Shown here: positions 60,974 to 64,000 of the stretch, piece by piece
Layout: each line of letters begins with the position of its first letter
Position numbering within the stretch: position 1 is the stretch's first letter
Assembly: GCA_036676395.1 (NCBI GenBank)
Contig: JAKFCY010000002.1
Location: 1,216,001 to 1,280,000, forward strand
From: Bdellovibrio sp.
GTDB lineage: Bacteria; Bdellovibrionota; Bdellovibrionia; Bdellovibrionales; Bdellovibrionaceae
DNA length: 64,000 nt
Reading direction: 5' to 3'
Position numbers and translations under genes: made by a program
The notes under the pieces: generated by a model
Databases searched by the model: none
What the model was told of the DNA's origin: nothing
What the model saw: only the letters and a program-made list of their open reading frames with translations

Positions 60974-63900
60974 GTGAAAATAGTTATAATTTTTATTTTA
61001 TTATTTAGTGCAACTGTAAAGGCGCAAAGTCCGGCTGCTTATTTAAGTATGTATCCTGATGATGAACTTTGGCAGGATTGTATTTCAACTTTTATGGATA
61101 ACTGGGTTCCAACGACCGATCCAAACAGCGATCAGCACTACATCACACCTCGCGCCAGAAGAAATACGGTATGGGAGCCCGAAATTTTTGCGATAGAATT
61201 AGGTAGCCAATATATGACTCCGAAAGGCGAAGACCCAGATAACTACTCTATGTTTGGCCAGCTTTGTTGGCATGATAAAACTAATTACCCAACAAGTGCA
61301 GATTATAGCAGCTCAAGTATAAAGCCAAAAGATTTACGACCTAATGCCTGCAACAAGGTTCCTGGTAGCGTCATTGATATTGAGAAAAGAACAGTTTCGG
61401 AAAACGTTCCAATCGAGGGTACGTCTTACTTCTTAAATTATAGCTCTGAGTATAATCCCAATATCAACTTCAATCGTACATACAAAGATCAGTTCAATTT
61501 TCACAAAAATATCTATTCGGGATATAAATTTGAAATTACAAATTCCTCTAGTCAGACTTTACAGTCTGTTAGTTATACTGCAATTGCACCATTTGCTTTT
61601 AGTCCTAAGCATGTAATCCCATTGAACGATTTCACATCTGGAACTTATACATCCAAGGTCGTAGTATATGCTTCTCTCATGACTAACATCATTGATGCTG
61701 TTGCAGGATATTGCTATTTAGAATACGAGTATATTGATGAAGAATTAGTTGTGACTGAGAATTGCAGTCGAAAAAATGGTCGTACTGCATACTTCAATAT
61801 GCCTTTAGAATTTAGAAGTGAAACTCTAGTGCTTTATAAACCCGAGGTTTGGGGACTTCATGGATGGACTGTTTCTGTCCATCATTACTTTGATCGTGAA
61901 ACTAAATCACTTTTCACAGGTGATGGTGAAAAAATCCAGTATACAACCTTTAAAACTATTAGTGATGCGACTTTGGGTACAGTCGATGTTCTAATCAATA
62001 AAAATGACGAAGATGAATTATTTATCTTTGATTCTAATGGTCGTCATTTAGAAACTCGTCATGTAGTTTTCGGATATATAATTCATAAATTCGCATATGA
62101 CGGAAATAGCAGACTTACATCTATAACAGATCGATTTAATTCTTCTACAACATTTACGTACAGTGGTTCTAACTTGCAGAAAATAACTTCCCCTTATGGG
62201 GTTGAAACTAATTTTACTGTTAGTTCGAATCGTATTACAAAAGCCACTGATCCAGAGAATTTTGATTACGATATGTCGTATGATAGTGGAACTTCTTTAC
62301 TTCTTGCTTACACACCCCCAACAGGGGTAGTAACCACATTTTCGTATAACAGCGACGGCGAGTTCTTGCAAGAATCTAAAAGTAGTGGATTGTTACAATC
62401 GATTGCGCAAAGTATCGCAAATGGATTTTTAGAGTTAACGAACAGTCTAAATTTTGGAGTTGATCGGCATGTTCAAGTTATTCCGACTGCAACTGGTGTA
62501 AAAACTAACTTAGTATCAAATGACAATCTAATTTCACAAGTCGAAAAGTCATACAGTGATAACATCACTCAATTTAAATACAATCAAGACATAACAACAC
62601 AGTATTTTACGCCTAGTGCTGAATGGGGAAGTGATAGATTGCTCATTGATCAAAGTGTCCAGGCAGTTACTGAATCTGGTCAAAACGTAAGTGATTCAAC
62701 CCAATATAGTGAAGCTAGAACCTACACTTCGAGTAATGTTTTAAAGCCTGTAAACTATAGTAATTCAATTACAACAGGTGCTGGTGGGATATTATCCAAC
62801 GCTTACACGAAATCTAATACGACACTAGTATCGACGGATATTCTAGGGAACGTAACAACTACAAAATTTAGTGCATCAGGGGTGATTACTCGAATCAGTG
62901 GAACGGACAAATATCCTGTTGATTTTGAGTACGATACTGCAGGACGTTTAACTAAGGCGAAAAAAACAAGCACTTATTACGAAACCTACACATACGATAC
63001 GTATGGGTACTTAGCGACGATCAATAATAGTAAAAGTCAGTTGACTCAATTTGTTCGAAATAAAAAAGGACAACTTTTACAAAAAATACTTCCGAATTCA
63101 GAGGCGATTAATTATGAATATACTGACGGTGGAGAAGTTAAAAAGATCACGGCTCCAAATGGTCAGGTTCATCAATTTTCGATGAGCTTAGGAGATTACA
63201 TCACTCAAATGATTTCTCCCGCAAGCAAAACGATAACGTATGGCTATGATAGTGATAAAAGACTTTCTACGGTAACGAAGCCCAGCGGAAAAGCCTTAAC
63301 TTTCAATTACGAAACTGATAGAAACGTTTTAGCTGATGTCACAACAGCGAGCGGAACTGTAACTATATCACACGATATTCGGTCGCGAGTTGCTTCCGCA
63401 ACATCAATTGATGATATTCAAACAGATATCACGTGGGCCGCAGACCAAGTGCAATCACAGACTTGGTATGACAACGGAACTTTGATTGCGACGCTTTCAA
63501 ATACTTTCGCAACAGACCAGTTTAAGCTTAAAGAAATATATTTAGATAACTTCCTAATTGCAGACTACACATATTCAAGTGGAGTATTGGCAGGTATTTA
63601 TAATCTTGGCATTTCATATAGTCATAGTTTTTCAACTTACAATCACACCCAAACTGTAAACGGAAGCGGAATTTCTATTTCATATTCGCAAATAGATGGA
63701 TCTAGTCAACCGGCACAAGTGGTTAACGGCACTTATTACGATAGCTCATCAAATCAGATCGATGTATCAATACGTCGTAATTATGATAATTTTGGTCAGG
63801 CCACTTCTTTAATATCTACAAAATTAAACCAAAGCACTGGCTTGTATGATGGTTACTACACACTTACAACGGTATATGATTCGAATAACAGGCTAACGCA

Positions 63901-64000
63901 AGTTACTCGTGTTAGAAAAAAATATGTTAGTGGTGTTCTAACGAATTCTACAGATTTTGTTAATAAGTATACATTTCCTTCTAACTCAAATAACAATATA
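60974..64000 (+). CDS. Secreted teneurin-like YD/RHS-repeat protein, 3'-truncated by window edge
   Basis: GTG after GGGGAG; signal peptide MKIVIIFILLFSATVKA; open for 1009 codons to the edge. Contains ENVPIEGTSYFLNYSS, GLHGWTVSVHHYFD...LFTGDG, ELFIFDSNGRHLET and YD repeats (YDTAGRLT, YDTYGYL, YDSDKRLS, YDSNNRLT). Confidence 0.85.
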   Translation, partial: MKIVIIFILLFSATVKAQSPAAYLSMYPDDELWQDCISTFMDNWVPTTDPNSDQHYITPRARRNTVWEPEIFAIELGSQYMTPKGEDPDNYSMFGQLCWHDKTNYPTSADYSSSSIKPKDLRPNACNKVPGSVIDIEKRTVSENVPIEGTSYFLNYSSEYNPNINFNRTYKDQFNFHKNIYSGYKFEITNSSSQTLQSVSYTAIAPFAFSPKHVIPLNDFTSGTYTSKVVVYASLMTNIIDAVAGYCYLEYEYIDEELVVTENCSRKNGRTAYFNMPLEFRSETLVLYKPEVWGLHGWTVSVHHYFDRETKSLFTGDGEKIQYTTFKTISDATLGTVDVLINKNDEDELFIFDSNGRHLETRHVVFGYIIHKFAYDGNSRLTSITDRFNSSTTFTYSGSNLQKITSPYGVETNFTVSSNRITKATDPENFDYDMSYDSGTSLLLAYTPPTGVVTTFSYNSDGEFLQESKSSGLLQSIAQSIANGFLELTNSLNFGVDRHVQVIPTATGVKTNLVSNDNLISQVEKSYSDNITQFKYNQDITTQYFTPSAEWGSDRLLIDQSVQAVTESGQNVSDSTQYSEARTYTSSNVLKPVNYSNSITTGAGGILSNAYTKSNTTLVSTDILGNVTTTKFSASGVITRISGTDKYPVDFEYDTAGRLTKAKKTSTYYETYTYDTYGYLATINNSKSQLTQFVRNKKGQLLQKILPNSEAINYEYTDGGEVKKITAPNGQVHQFSMSLGDYITQMISPASKTITYGYDSDKRLSTVTKPSGKALTFNYETDRNVLADVTTASGTVTISHDIRSRVASATSIDDIQTDITWAADQVQSQTWYDNGTLIATLSNTFATDQFKLKEIYLDNFLIADYTYSSGVLAGIYNLGISYSHSFSTYNHTQTVNGSGISISYSQIDGSSQPAQVVNGTYYDSSSNQIDVSIRRNYDNFGQATSLISTKLNQSTGLYDGYYTLTTVYDSNNRLTQVTRVRKKYVSGVLTNSTDFVNKYTFPSNSNNNI

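Overview
AT-rich bacterial chromosomal window. Gene content and order (orphan mreB paralog beside metG, membrane PPase, orphan lipoproteins) suggest Bdellovibrionota; this is inference, not a search result. Bases 1-33.9 kb are a large, strand-mixed surface-glycan locus. It holds galU, gmhA, a PglF/E/D/C bacillosamine-type module, wecB, pgi, a GDP-colitose-type pathway (gmd, colC/fcl, colD), a CDP-3,6-dideoxyhexose pathway (rfbF/G/H) with a split transketolase, an L-QuiNAc/L-FucNAc module, wecA, wzx, a putative wzy, several glycosyltransferases (two are paralogous GT2s) and a TPR-fused O-antigen-ligase-family protein. Bases 34-59.6 kb are mostly housekeeping: cvfB, metF, metH, a DUF4258/HTH toxin-antitoxin pair, an ECF-sigma/metal-binding module, hppA, parvulin, dps, MFS, trmO, TrmH, metG, mreB, two lipoproteins, xerD and comM. 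tRNA-Cys(GCA) lies at 59612-59685. After it comes an island-like region with an orphan membrane protein and a secreted teneurin-like YD-repeat protein that is missing from the ORF track, runs off the window end and appears to lack the NHL propeller. Non-coding highlights are a family of 43-bp palindromes, a perfect 32-bp palindrome before comM, and several duplications of gene 3' ends. All calls come from motif recognition by eye; no searches were run.
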